Shown one piece after another: positions 1-8,136 of a DNA stretch of 64,000 nt. The translations under genes were made by a program, and so were the position numbers. How positions within the stretch are numbered: position 1 is the stretch's first letter; each line of letters begins with the position of its first letter. A model generated the notes under the pieces. It was not told the origin of the DNA, ran no database searches, and saw only the letters and a list, made by a program, of their open reading frames with translations. This DNA comes from Alphaproteobacteria bacterium (GTDB lineage Bacteria > Pseudomonadota > Alphaproteobacteria > Rhodospirillales > Rhodospirillaceae), in assembly GCA_030604885.1 (NCBI GenBank), contig JAUVUZ010000013.1, positions 387 through 64,386 on the forward strand, written 5' to 3'.

Positions 1-1715
1 GCGCAACGGGTGGCGGCGGAATCCACCGTCAGCCGCTCCACCGGCGGGTTCCACGGGGTTTCGGGGGCGGCCTCGGGGGTCGGCAGCAGCGGCCACAGCT
101 CCACCAGCCCCGGCTCGCCCGCGCGGGCGGCGAGGTGGCGCGCCTCCACCGGGTCCGCCCCCGGCTCGCGCACGCCGTCGCCCGCCTCCGGGTCGTCGAA
201 GGTGGCGTCCACCGCGTCCAGCACCGCCTGCACCGAGCGGAACGAGATCGCCAGCGGCACCCGCGCGAAGGGAAGGTCCGCCTCCGCCGCCGCGCGCGAG
301 ACGCGCTCGCGCTGGCAGCGGAACATCTCCGGATCCGCGCCCTGGAAGCGGTAGATCGACTGCTTCGGGTCGCCCACCGCGAACAGGGTGCGCACCGCCG
401 TCCGCGCCCCCTCGCCCGCGAAGAACTCGGAGGAGAGGGCGTCCGCCACCTCCCACTGGTCGGGGGAGGTATCCTGCGCCTCGTCCACCAGGATGTGGTC
501 GAGGCCGCCGTCGAGCTTGTAGAGCACCCACGGCCGCGCCTCCGCCCGGCCCAGCAGGTCGCGCGCCTTCTGGATCAAATCGTCGTAGTCGAGCCAGCCG
601 CCCGCCGCCTTCTGCCGCGCGTAGGTGGCGAACACCGCGTCGGCCAGCACCATCAGGTGGCGGGTGGCGTCGCGCAGGCGCGCGGCGGCCAGGGGTTCGC
701 ACGCCCGCAGCAGGCGGTCCTGCTCGGCGGAGAGGATTTCCGCCGCCCCGGGCAGCAGCGCCAGCGCCGCCTTGCAGGGATAGGTCTTGGTGCTGCGGGG
801 GTCGCCCTCCTTGGTGAGGAAGGCGGAGACGTACTCCGCCCACAGCGCCGGGCGCGCCGCCGGGGCGGCGGCGAGCCAGCCCGCCATCGCCGCCGCGTGC
901 TTGCCGTCGGTCTTGCCGCCGCACTCCGCCAGCGCCCGGCACAGGGCGCGCAGGGCGGCAAGGTCGCAGGCGTCGTCGGCGCAGGCGGCGGCGAGGATCG
1001 CCTCCGCATCCGCCGCCGGGTCGAGGCCGAGGTGGCGGGAGAGGCCCTCCAGCAGCGCGTCGCGCCCGCCCCAGGCGCGCATCGCCCGCACGATCCGCCC
1101 GCGCGCGGCGGTCACCGCCGCGATCAGGTCGGGGAAGGTGGCGTCGGAGCAGAGGTCGGTGATCGCCGCCACCGCCCGGTCCAGCTCCGAGCCGGGGGGT
1201 GCTGCGCGGAACACCGTCTCGCGGGCCTGGCGCAGCATTTCGGCGGCGCGGCGCTCGTCCAGCACGTCGAAGGTGGGCGACACCCCGGCCTCCACCGGGA
1301 AGCGCCGCAGCAGCCCCTGGCAGAAGCCGTGCAGGGTTTCGATGCGCAGGCCGTCCGCCGCGTCCAGCACCGCCGCGAACAGCCGCCGCGCCGCGTCGCG
1401 GGCGGGGGCGCCGGGAGCGCGGCCGGTGAGCGCCGCCAGCTCGGCGTCCAGGTCCGCCTCCGCCAGCGCCGCCCAGCGGGCGAGGCGCGCGAACAGGCGG
1501 TTGGACATTTCCGCCGCCGCCGCCTTGGTGAAGGTGAGGCAGAGAATCCGCCCCGGCGCCACCCCCGCCAGCAGCAGCCGCAGCACCCGGTCGGTGAGCA
1601 CCTTGGTCTTGCCCGACCCGGCGCTCGCCTCCACCCACACCGACGCCCGGGGGTCGGAGGCGCGGCGCTGGGCGGCCTCGGCGGCGCGCAGCAGTTCGGC
1701 GTTGGCGGCGCTCAC
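1..1715 (-). CDS. addA: Double-strand-break repair helicase/nuclease AddA, N-terminal part (continues beyond left edge)
   Basis: The reverse-strand frame is open from the GTG at 1715 to the window edge, so it is absent from the ORF track (no stop). My own translation is VSAANAELLRAAEAAQRRASDPRASVWVEASAGSGKTKVLTDRVLRLLLAG..., a UvrD-type Walker A. The GTG overlaps the addB stop (GTGA at 1712-1715). addB-addA order is typical of Alphaproteobacteria. Confidence 0.85.
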   Translation of the reverse strand, partial: MSAANAELLRAAEAAQRRASDPRASVWVEASAGSGKTKVLTDRVLRLLLAGVAPGRILCLTFTKAAAAEMSNRLFARLARWAALAEADLDAELAALTGRAPGAPARDAARRLFAAVLDAADGLRIETLHGFCQGLLRRFPVEAGVSPTFDVLDERRAAEMLRQARETVFRAAPPGSELDRAVAAITDLCSDATFPDLIAAVTAARGRIVRAMRAWGGRDALLEGLSRHLGLDPAADAEAILAAACADDACDLAALRALCRALAECGGKTDGKHAAAMAGWLAAAPAARPALWAEYVSAFLTKEGDPRSTKTYPCKAALALLPGAAEILSAEQDRLLRACEPLAAARLRDATRHLMVLADAVFATYARQKAAGGWLDYDDLIQKARDLLGRAEARPWVLYKLDGGLDHILVDEAQDTSPDQWEVADALSSEFFAGEGARTAVRTLFAVGDPKQSIYRFQGADPEMFRCQRERVSRAAAEADLPFARVPLAISFRSVQAVLDAVDATFDDPEAGDGVREPGADPVEARHLAARAGEPGLVELWPLLPTPEAAPETPWNPPVERLTVDSAATRC

Positions 1716-4654
1716 GGTTCGCCCTCCGTCGCCGCCGCCTTCCATTCGGCGAGGCGCTCCAGCAGCAGGTAGTCGGAATAGGTGGGCGCCTGGCCCTCGG
1801 CGGCGCGGGGGATGTATCTGGTCTCGGGCCGGTCGTAGTGCGCCACCAGGGCGCGGATGCCCGCCTCCGCCTCGTCCACCAGGGCCTCCACGTCTTTCAG
1901 CGCCAGCAGGGTGCCGCCCGCGCCCGCGCCGTTGATCCGCCAGTATTCCAGGCCCGCCAGATGCGCGGCGCGCACCCCTGCGAAGCCGTGTTCGCGCACG
2001 ATCAGCGCCTCCAGCGGCAACTGCGGCGAATAGCCCGCCGCCACCGCCGTCTGGGTCGGCAGGGTGCCGGTCTTGTAGTCGATCACCGTGGCACCGCCGT
2101 CCCGGTCCACGTCGATGCGGTCGGCGATGGCGAACACCTCGAACGGCTCGCCCGAGGGCGGGGTGAACGCCCACGCGCCCTTGCTCTCCACCACCGTGGC
2201 GGCGATGCCGGGGCGCCGCGCCGCGTCGGTGGCGACGAACCAGTCGAGCGCCCGGCCGATCCGCGCCCGCCAGAACGGCGCCAGCTCGGGCGGCACGTCG
2301 TGGCCGCCGAGGGCGTCGTCGGCCAGCGCCTGGAGGCGCTGCCGCGCGTCCGGGTCGAGGCTGCTGCCGCCGGAACGGGCGAAACGTTCGAGGATGCCGT
2401 GCATCAGGGTGCCGAGCTGGGCGGGCGAGGCTTCCTCCTCCCGCTCGCGCAGCTTGCGCAAGGCGAGCACGTATTTGGCGTAGACGCCGTAGGCGTCGCG
2501 CCGCAGCATTTCCACGTGGGTGGCCGAAAGCCGCCGGGGCCGCGCCGCCACCGGCGGGCAGGGGGTCGGCGGCGCGGGCGGCGGCACCACCGCGGGCGCG
2601 GCGTCGAGCGCCCGCGCCCACGCCAGCCACGGCCCGGCGGCCAGCGCGAGGCCCGGCGCCGCCGCCGCCAGCACCGCATCCAGCCGCCGCAGCCAGCGCG
2701 ACGGCTCGGTGGGGGCGCCGCCCGCCTTGGCGGCGCGGGTGAACACCACCTCCGCCGCGCCGCACGCCATCCACACGTCGTGGGCGGCGAGCCCGATCCG
2801 CCGTTCCGGCGCGGGCAGGCCGAACTCCTCGCGCATCCGGCGGCTCATCCACGGGTCGGGGGCGGGCTGGCGCGGCCACTGGCCCTCGTTCATGCCGCCC
2901 AGCACCACCACGTCGGCGGCCTGCATGCGCGCCTCCATCGGGCCGAGGATGTGGACGCGCGGATGGCTGCCGAAGCGCGGCCGCACCGCCACCGGCGCGA
3001 TCAGGCTTTCGAACACCGGCGCGTAGAGGCGCGGCGGCACCGGGCCGAGCGGCGCGGTCGCCTCCAGCGCCTCGGCGGCGAAGGCCTGCATCGCCGCGCC
3101 GTCGTCGCCGCGCCACAGCGCCTCCCATCCCTCGGTCTCGACGTCGCCCGCCAGCGCCTCGGCGCAGGCGAGGTGGGCGCGCAGCAGCTCCGGCAGGGGC
3201 GCGTCGCCGCCCGCCAGAAGCGCCGCGAACGGCCGCGTCGTCGCCGCCAGGGTTTCCACCAGCCAGTTGAGGCCGAGGGAGACGCGCGGCGAAATCGTCC
3301 CCTCCCGGTCGAGCGCGTCGAGACGGCGGCGATAGTCGCCCCAGCCCGGCGCGGGCTTGGCGCCGCGCGCCAGCAGGCGGTCGAAATCCGCCACCGCCTC
3401 GGCGTTGACGCCGCGATTGAGGGCGCACAGCGGGTGGCGCAGCAGCGCCAGCAGCGCCACCGGCGAGAACCCCCGGTGCGCCGCCTCGGCCACCAGCCGC
3501 AGGAACCGGCCCACCGGCGTCTGCCCCAGCGGCACGCCCGCGGAATCGTCGATCTCCACGCCCCAGCGCCGCAGTTCGGCGGCAACCCGCTGGCCGAGGT
3601 CGCGGTCGGGCGTCACCAACGCGGCGGTGCGGCCGGGGGTTTCCAGGGCCTCGCGCAGGATCAGCGCGATCGTCGCCGCCTCCTCGCGCGGGGTGGCGCA
3701 GTCGACGCGATGAAGGCCCGCCAGCGCCTCCGGCGGCACCGCCGCGCGGGTCCACGCCTCGGCGGTGGCGGCGGGGCGGAACGCCTCGCGCAGCAGGGCG
3801 CGGCGCGGCGGCGCGGGCGGCGCGGCCACCCAGTCGCCCACCTCGGCGCGCGCCACGCCGAGGGTGGCGAGCAGGCGCTTGAGGCCATGCTGCGGGTGGG
3901 TGGGTTCGAGGGCGTCCCAACTGGCGTCGTCGATCTCGCGGTCGAGGCCCGGCAGCACCACCGCGCCGCCGGGCAGGGCCGCCACCGCCACCATCAGCCG
4001 CGCCGTCGCCGGGTGGCTGCCGGTGGACCCGGCGGCGATCACCGGGCCGTCGGGCGGTTGCGCCGTCCACGCCTCCGCCTGGCGGCGCATCAGCGCGACA
4101 CGGCGGGCCATCGGGTCGAGCCGCCCCAGCTCGGCAAGAATCGGCGGCCAGTGGCGGGTGATGGTGTCGAGCACCGCCACCACCCGCTGCCAGTGGGCGG
4201 GCAGGTCGCGGCCGATGCGCTCCAGGCGGTCGAACCCGAGTTCCTCCGCCTGCACCTGGTCGAGCAGCAGCGCCAGCGCCTCGGCGAGGTCGAGGGCCTG
4301 GTCCACCGACGGCGGCGCGCCGGTCGCGGGGTCCGCCGCCGCCGCGATCAGGCGCGCCAGCATCGCCCGCCGCGCCAGGGGCGAGACGGCGGGCGCGAGG
4401 TCGAGGGCGGCGTCCACGAACGCCAGTTCGTCCTCGTCCACGTCGCCCAGCGGCAGCATGCGCGGCAGGATCATCGGCGCGCCGCGCCCGAGGCGCAGGA
4501 ACGCCTCGCGCAGGCTGCGGCAGGCGCGGCGGGTGGGCAGCAGCACCGTCACCGCCGCGAGGCCGATGGGTTCGGCGCCGTGGCGGTCGAGGATGCCCGC
4601 CGCCAGGGCGTCGGCGAACCCCAGGTCGGGAGCGACGGTGAACACCGGGCGCAT
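1712..4654 (-). CDS. addB: Double-strand-break repair protein AddB
   Basis: ORF track 1712..4654 (980 aa). It has a C-terminal RecB-type nuclease motif (..IADRIDVDRDGGATVIDYKTG..). It lies directly upstream of addA and is translationally coupled to it. Confidence 0.85.
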   Translation of the reverse strand: MRPVFTVAPDLGFADALAAGILDRHGAEPIGLAAVTVLLPTRRACRSLREAFLRLGRGAPMILPRMLPLGDVDEDELAFVDAALDLAPAVSPLARRAMLARLIAAAADPATGAPPSVDQALDLAEALALLLDQVQAEELGFDRLERIGRDLPAHWQRVVAVLDTITRHWPPILAELGRLDPMARRVALMRRQAEAWTAQPPDGPVIAAGSTGSHPATARLMVAVAALPGGAVVLPGLDREIDDASWDALEPTHPQHGLKRLLATLGVARAEVGDWVAAPPAPPRRALLREAFRPAATAEAWTRAAVPPEALAGLHRVDCATPREEAATIALILREALETPGRTAALVTPDRDLGQRVAAELRRWGVEIDDSAGVPLGQTPVGRFLRLVAEAAHRGFSPVALLALLRHPLCALNRGVNAEAVADFDRLLARGAKPAPGWGDYRRRLDALDREGTISPRVSLGLNWLVETLAATTRPFAALLAGGDAPLPELLRAHLACAEALAGDVETEGWEALWRGDDGAAMQAFAAEALEATAPLGPVPPRLYAPVFESLIAPVAVRPRFGSHPRVHILGPMEARMQAADVVVLGGMNEGQWPRQPAPDPWMSRRMREEFGLPAPERRIGLAAHDVWMACGAAEVVFTRAAKAGGAPTEPSRWLRRLDAVLAAAAPGLALAAGPWLAWARALDAAPAVVPPPAPPTPCPPVAARPRRLSATHVEMLRRDAYGVYAKYVLALRKLREREEEASPAQLGTLMHGILERFARSGGSSLDPDARQRLQALADDALGGHDVPPELAPFWRARIGRALDWFVATDAARRPGIAATVVESKGAWAFTPPSGEPFEVFAIADRIDVDRDGGATVIDYKTGTLPTQTAVAAGYSPQLPLEALIVREHGFAGVRAAHLAGLEYWRINGAGAGGTLLALKDVEALVDEAEAGIRALVAHYDRPETRYIPRAAEGQAPTYSDYLLLERLAEWKAAATEGEP

Positions 4655-4679
4655 GGCGCGCCTCCCTCGGGCAGGAGTC

Positions 4680-5381
4680 TTAAGGATACTGGGGCCGGTC
4701 GAGCAGGCGTTCGGTGGCGGCGATCGCCTCGGGCGTGCCGACGTGATACCACGCGCCGTCGTGCGCCACGCCGCGCAGGCGCCCGGCTTCCAGCGCCGCG
4801 TCGAACAGCCGGTTGAGGGAGAACGCCCCCTCCGGCGCCGCGGCGAAGACGCGCGGGTGGATCAGCGACACGCCCGCGAACACGTAGGGCGCGATGCGCG
4901 CCTCGCCGCGCCGCACCGGGCGGCTGTCCGCATCCAGCGAGAAGTCGCCGGGGCCGTCGTAGCCGTGGGCCTTGGCGGTGGGCTGCAGCAGCAGCACGAT
5001 GTCGGCGGTTTCCGGCTCGCACGCCGCCCACAGGCGGGAGAAGGTGGGGTGCGGGCCGTCGCCCCAGATCACGTCGGAATTCAGCACGAGGAACGGGTCC
5101 TCGCCCAAGAGCGGCAGGGCGCGGGCGACGCCGCCGCCGGTGTCGAGCAGGGCGTCGCGCTCGTCGGAAATCGTCACCTGCGGCCGGGTGCGCTTTTTCA
5201 CGTGCTCGGCGATCTGCTCGCCGAGGTGGTGGATGTTCACCACCGCCTCGTCGATGCCCCACTCGGCGAGGCGGTCGAGATGGCGGTCGAGCAGGGTTTC
5301 CCCGGCCACCTGGATCAGCGGCTTGGGCGTCGCCAGGGTGAGCGGGCGCATCCGCACGCCGAGACCGGCGGCGAGGATCAT
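4680..5381 (-). CDS. murU: N-acetylmuramate alpha-1-phosphate uridylyltransferase-like nucleotidyltransferase
   Basis: This is the 3' part of ORF 4680..6395, trimmed to the ATG at 5381. The product MILAAGLGVRMRPLTLATPKPLIQVAG... (233 aa) has the sugar-nucleotidyltransferase G-rich loop. It resembles Pseudomonas MurU and is paired with an AmgK-like kinase. Confidence 0.7.
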   Translation of the reverse strand: MILAAGLGVRMRPLTLATPKPLIQVAGETLLDRHLDRLAEWGIDEAVVNIHHLGEQIAEHVKKRTRPQVTISDERDALLDTGGGVARALPLLGEDPFLVLNSDVIWGDGPHPTFSRLWAACEPETADIVLLLQPTAKAHGYDGPGDFSLDADSRPVRRGEARIAPYVFAGVSLIHPRVFAAAPEGAFSLNRLFDAALEAGRLRGVAHDGAWYHVGTPEAIAATERLLDRPQYP

Positions 5382-5422
5382 CGCCCGGTGCGGGCGCGGG
5401 CAGCGGGGGTTGGTGGGTTCCT

Positions 5423-6442
5423 TCAGACGGACGGGCACGGCGGACTCCTGCGGGCGTCGGGCGGCACGTGGGCGGCGAACCACGCCGCGACCGCCGCGAG
5501 CGCCGGATGCGCCAGCGCGGCCTCCAGCAGCCGCCAGACGCGGGGAATGTGAACCAGATACTGCGGCTTGGCGTCGCGCACGCACAGCCGGGTGAAGATG
5601 CCGATCACCTTGGCGTGGCGCTGCGCCGCCAGCACCGCCCAGGCGGCGGCGAACGCCTCCCGGTCGAGATCGGGGAAGGCTTCGAGATAGCGCGCCCGGC
5701 CCCGCGCCGCCAGCTCGGGGGCGAGGTCGCGGCGGGCGTCCTCCAGCAGCGACATCAGGTCGTAGACCGTGGGGCCGCGCACCGCGTCCTGGAAATCCAG
5801 CAGGCCGCAGGCGGCGACGCCCGCGCGGCCGGGCAGGCGCATCAGGTTGTCGACGTGGAAATCGCGCAGCACCAGGGTGTGCGGCTGGCCGTCGAGGGCG
5901 GCGAGCGCCCCGGCCCAGGCGGCGTCGTATCCGGCGCGGGCCTCGGCAGTCAACGCCACGCCGACGGCGGGCAGGAACCACTCGGGCAGCAGCGCCGCCT
6001 CGGCGAGGTAGCGGGCGCGGTCGTAGACCGGCAGGGCGTAGTCGGCGAAACCTTCCGCCGCGCCGGGGGCGCGGTGCAGGGCGACGAGGGCGTCGACGGC
6101 GAGGTCGTAGAGCGCGGCTTCGTCCGCCCCCGCCTTCAGCAGGCGGGTGAAGGTGCCGTCGCCGAAATCCTCCAGCAGCAGGAAGCCGTGGGGCACGTCC
6201 TCGGCGAGAATCTCGGGCGCCGAGAGGCCGAGCGCCCGCAGCCGCGCGTCCACGGCGCGGAACGGCCGCACGTCCTCCATCGGCGGCGGCGCGTCCATCA
6301 GCACCGCGACGCGGTCCTCCGCCGTCACGCGATGATAGCTGCGGAACGAGGCGTCGGCGGCCAGCGGCGACACCCGGGCCGCCCCCCAGCCGCACACGCC
6401 GAGAAACGCGGCGCGGGCGTCGGCGCGGGAGATCAGGTTCAC
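5423..6442 (-). CDS. amgK: Aminoglycoside-phosphotransferase-fold sugar kinase (AmgK-like MurNAc/GlcNAc anomeric kinase)
   Basis: This is the 3' part of ORF 5423..6922, trimmed to the GTG at 6442 (VNLISRADARAAFL...), which overlaps the tsaE stop as GTGA. It has an APH-fold catalytic region (..LVLRDFHVDNLM..LLDFQDA..). The tsaE-kinase-nucleotidyltransferase-addBA context is conserved. Confidence 0.65.
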   Translation of the reverse strand: MNLISRADARAAFLGVCGWGAARVSPLAADASFRSYHRVTAEDRVAVLMDAPPPMEDVRPFRAVDARLRALGLSAPEILAEDVPHGFLLLEDFGDGTFTRLLKAGADEAALYDLAVDALVALHRAPGAAEGFADYALPVYDRARYLAEAALLPEWFLPAVGVALTAEARAGYDAAWAGALAALDGQPHTLVLRDFHVDNLMRLPGRAGVAACGLLDFQDAVRGPTVYDLMSLLEDARRDLAPELAARGRARYLEAFPDLDREAFAAAWAVLAAQRHAKVIGIFTRLCVRDAKPQYLVHIPRVWRLLEAALAHPALAAVAAWFAAHVPPDARRSPPCPSV

Positions 6443-6984
6443 GCCCCGCCTCCGTGCTCGGCTTCCAGCCGCGCCACCCGGCGCGCCCAGTCCGGCCCGC
6501 GGCCGATCAGCCGCGCGCAGCGGACGGTGGCGCCGCGCTCGGGGGCGAAGGTCAGCTCCACGTCCAGCCGCCGCAGCGGCAGCTGGCGGCCGAGGCGCTC
6601 CGGCCACTCGATCAGCGACACCGCCTCTTCCAGCGCGTCGTCGAAGCCCAGCTCCCAGATCTCCTCCGGCCCGGTGAGGCGGTAGAGGTCGAAATGCCAG
6701 ACCGGCGCGGCGGCGCCCTCGTAGATCTGCACCAGGGTGAAGGTGGGGCTGGGCACCTCCTCCGCCGGATCGCCCGCGGCGTGGATCAGCCCGCGCGCGA
6801 AGGCGGTCTTGCCGACCCCCAGGTCGCCCCACAGCGCCACCACGTCGCCCGCGCCCACCAGCTCGGCGAGGCGGGCGGCGAGCGCCTCGGTCTCCGCCGC
6901 CTCGGCCAGGGTCAGGCGCCACTCCGCGTCGTCGGCGCCGACGGCGTGCGGGCAGGGCGGAATATCGGTTGCGTTCGTGCTCAT
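6439..6984 (-). CDS. tsaE: tRNA threonylcarbamoyladenosine (t6A) biosynthesis ATPase TsaE
   Basis: This is the 3' part of ORF 6439..8082, trimmed to the ATG at 6984 (MSTNATD...). It has the P-loop GDLGVGKT and the TsaE-type motif SPTFTLVQ.Y. Confidence 0.8.
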   Translation of the reverse strand: MSTNATDIPPCPHAVGADDAEWRLTLAEAAETEALAARLAELVGAGDVVALWGDLGVGKTAFARGLIHAAGDPAEEVPSPTFTLVQIYEGAAAPVWHFDLYRLTGPEEIWELGFDDALEEAVSLIEWPERLGRQLPLRRLDVELTFAPERGATVRCARLIGRGPDWARRVARLEAEHGGGA

Positions 6985-7104
6985 CCCTTTAGTATTAGCT
7001 GGCCGCAACCGGAAGGGCAATCGCCGCCCCACGGGACGGTTGCCAATGTCTCGCAAACGTCGCAGAGTTCCGGCGACAAAAACACTTCGGAGGAACCCAT
7101 CGGC

Positions 7105-8124
7105 ATGGCTCAGCACACCACCGATGTCGTCATCGTCGGCGCCGGGCCGATCGGCCTGTTCGCGGTTTTTGAATGCGGCATGGAGAAGCTCTCCTGCCAT
7201 GTGGTCGACACGCTCGAAGCGGTCGGCGGGCAGTGCGCCGCCCTCTACCCCGAAAAACCGATCTACGACATTCCCGCCCACCCGGCGATCACCGGGCAGG
7301 AGCTGGTGGACAAGCTCTGCCAGCAGGCGGCGCCGTTCAAGCCCACCTTCCACCTCAACCAGCAGGTCACCGGCCTCGAGCGCGACCTCGACACCGGCCG
7401 CTGGCGGGTCACCACCTCGGCGGGCACTGTGATCGACGCGGCGGCGGTGATTCTCGCCGCCGGGTCGGGCGCGTTCGGCCCCAACCGTCCGCCGCTCAAG
7501 GGCCTCGACGCCTTCGAGGGCAAGAGCGTGTTCTACATGGTGCGCCGCCGCGAGGACTTCCGCGGCAAGCGGGTGGTGATCGCGGGCGGCGGCGATTCCG
7601 CCGTGGATTGGGCGCTCTCCCTCGCCGAGCTGGCGGCCAAGGTGTCGATCGTCCACCGCCGCGCCAAGTTCCGCGCCGCGCCGGAAAGCGAGGCCCGCCT
7701 CGCCGAGCTGGCGAAATCGGGCGCCGTGGACCTGGTGACGCCCTACCAGCTCAAGGCGATCGCGGGCGAGAACGGCATGCTCCATACCGTCACCGTCGCC
7801 GATCTCGAAGGCAACGCCCGCGACATCGAGGCCGACGTGCTGCTGCCGTTCTTCGGCCTGGCCGCCAACCTCGGGCCGATCGCCGCGTGGGGCCTGACGA
7901 TGGAGGGCCAGACGGTGACGGTGGACCCCGCCACCTGCGCCACCTCGGCGCCCGGGGTGTTCGCCGCGGGCGACATCGCCTACTACCCGGGCAAGCTCAA
8001 GCTGATCCTCTGCGGCTTCGCCGAGGCGGCCCAGGCGGCCCACGGCGCGCGCGGCGTGGCGCGGCCCGGCGAGGTCGTCCACTTCGCCTACTCCACCACC
8101 CAGGGCGTGCCGCAGACCGCCTGA
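7105..8124 (+). CDS. Thioredoxin-reductase-type ferredoxin-NADP(+) reductase
   Basis: This is the 3' part of ORF 6454..8124, trimmed to the ATG at 7105, which is preceded by GGAGGA. The product starts MAQHTTDVVIVGAGPIGLFAVF. It has two dinucleotide folds (GAGPIG and GGGDSAVDWA) and no CxxC redox pair, as in YumC-type FNR. Confidence 0.75.
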   Translation: MAQHTTDVVIVGAGPIGLFAVFECGMEKLSCHVVDTLEAVGGQCAALYPEKPIYDIPAHPAITGQELVDKLCQQAAPFKPTFHLNQQVTGLERDLDTGRWRVTTSAGTVIDAAAVILAAGSGAFGPNRPPLKGLDAFEGKSVFYMVRRREDFRGKRVVIAGGGDSAVDWALSLAELAAKVSIVHRRAKFRAAPESEARLAELAKSGAVDLVTPYQLKAIAGENGMLHTVTVADLEGNARDIEADVLLPFFGLAANLGPIAAWGLTMEGQTVTVDPATCATSAPGVFAAGDIAYYPGKLKLILCGFAEAAQAAHGARGVARPGEVVHFAYSTTQGVPQTA

Positions 8125-8136
8125 GACTCGCGGGTG

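Noticed and set aside
1838-4816. 992-aa plus-strand ORF (and 135..1772, 545 aa) covering the addB/addA region.
   Set aside because: It is antisense to clearly recognisable addB and addA frames. The composition is dominated by Arg/Gly/Ala/Pro/His runs with no recognisable motif and no Shine-Dalgarno. It is a typical long shadow ORF of high-GC DNA.
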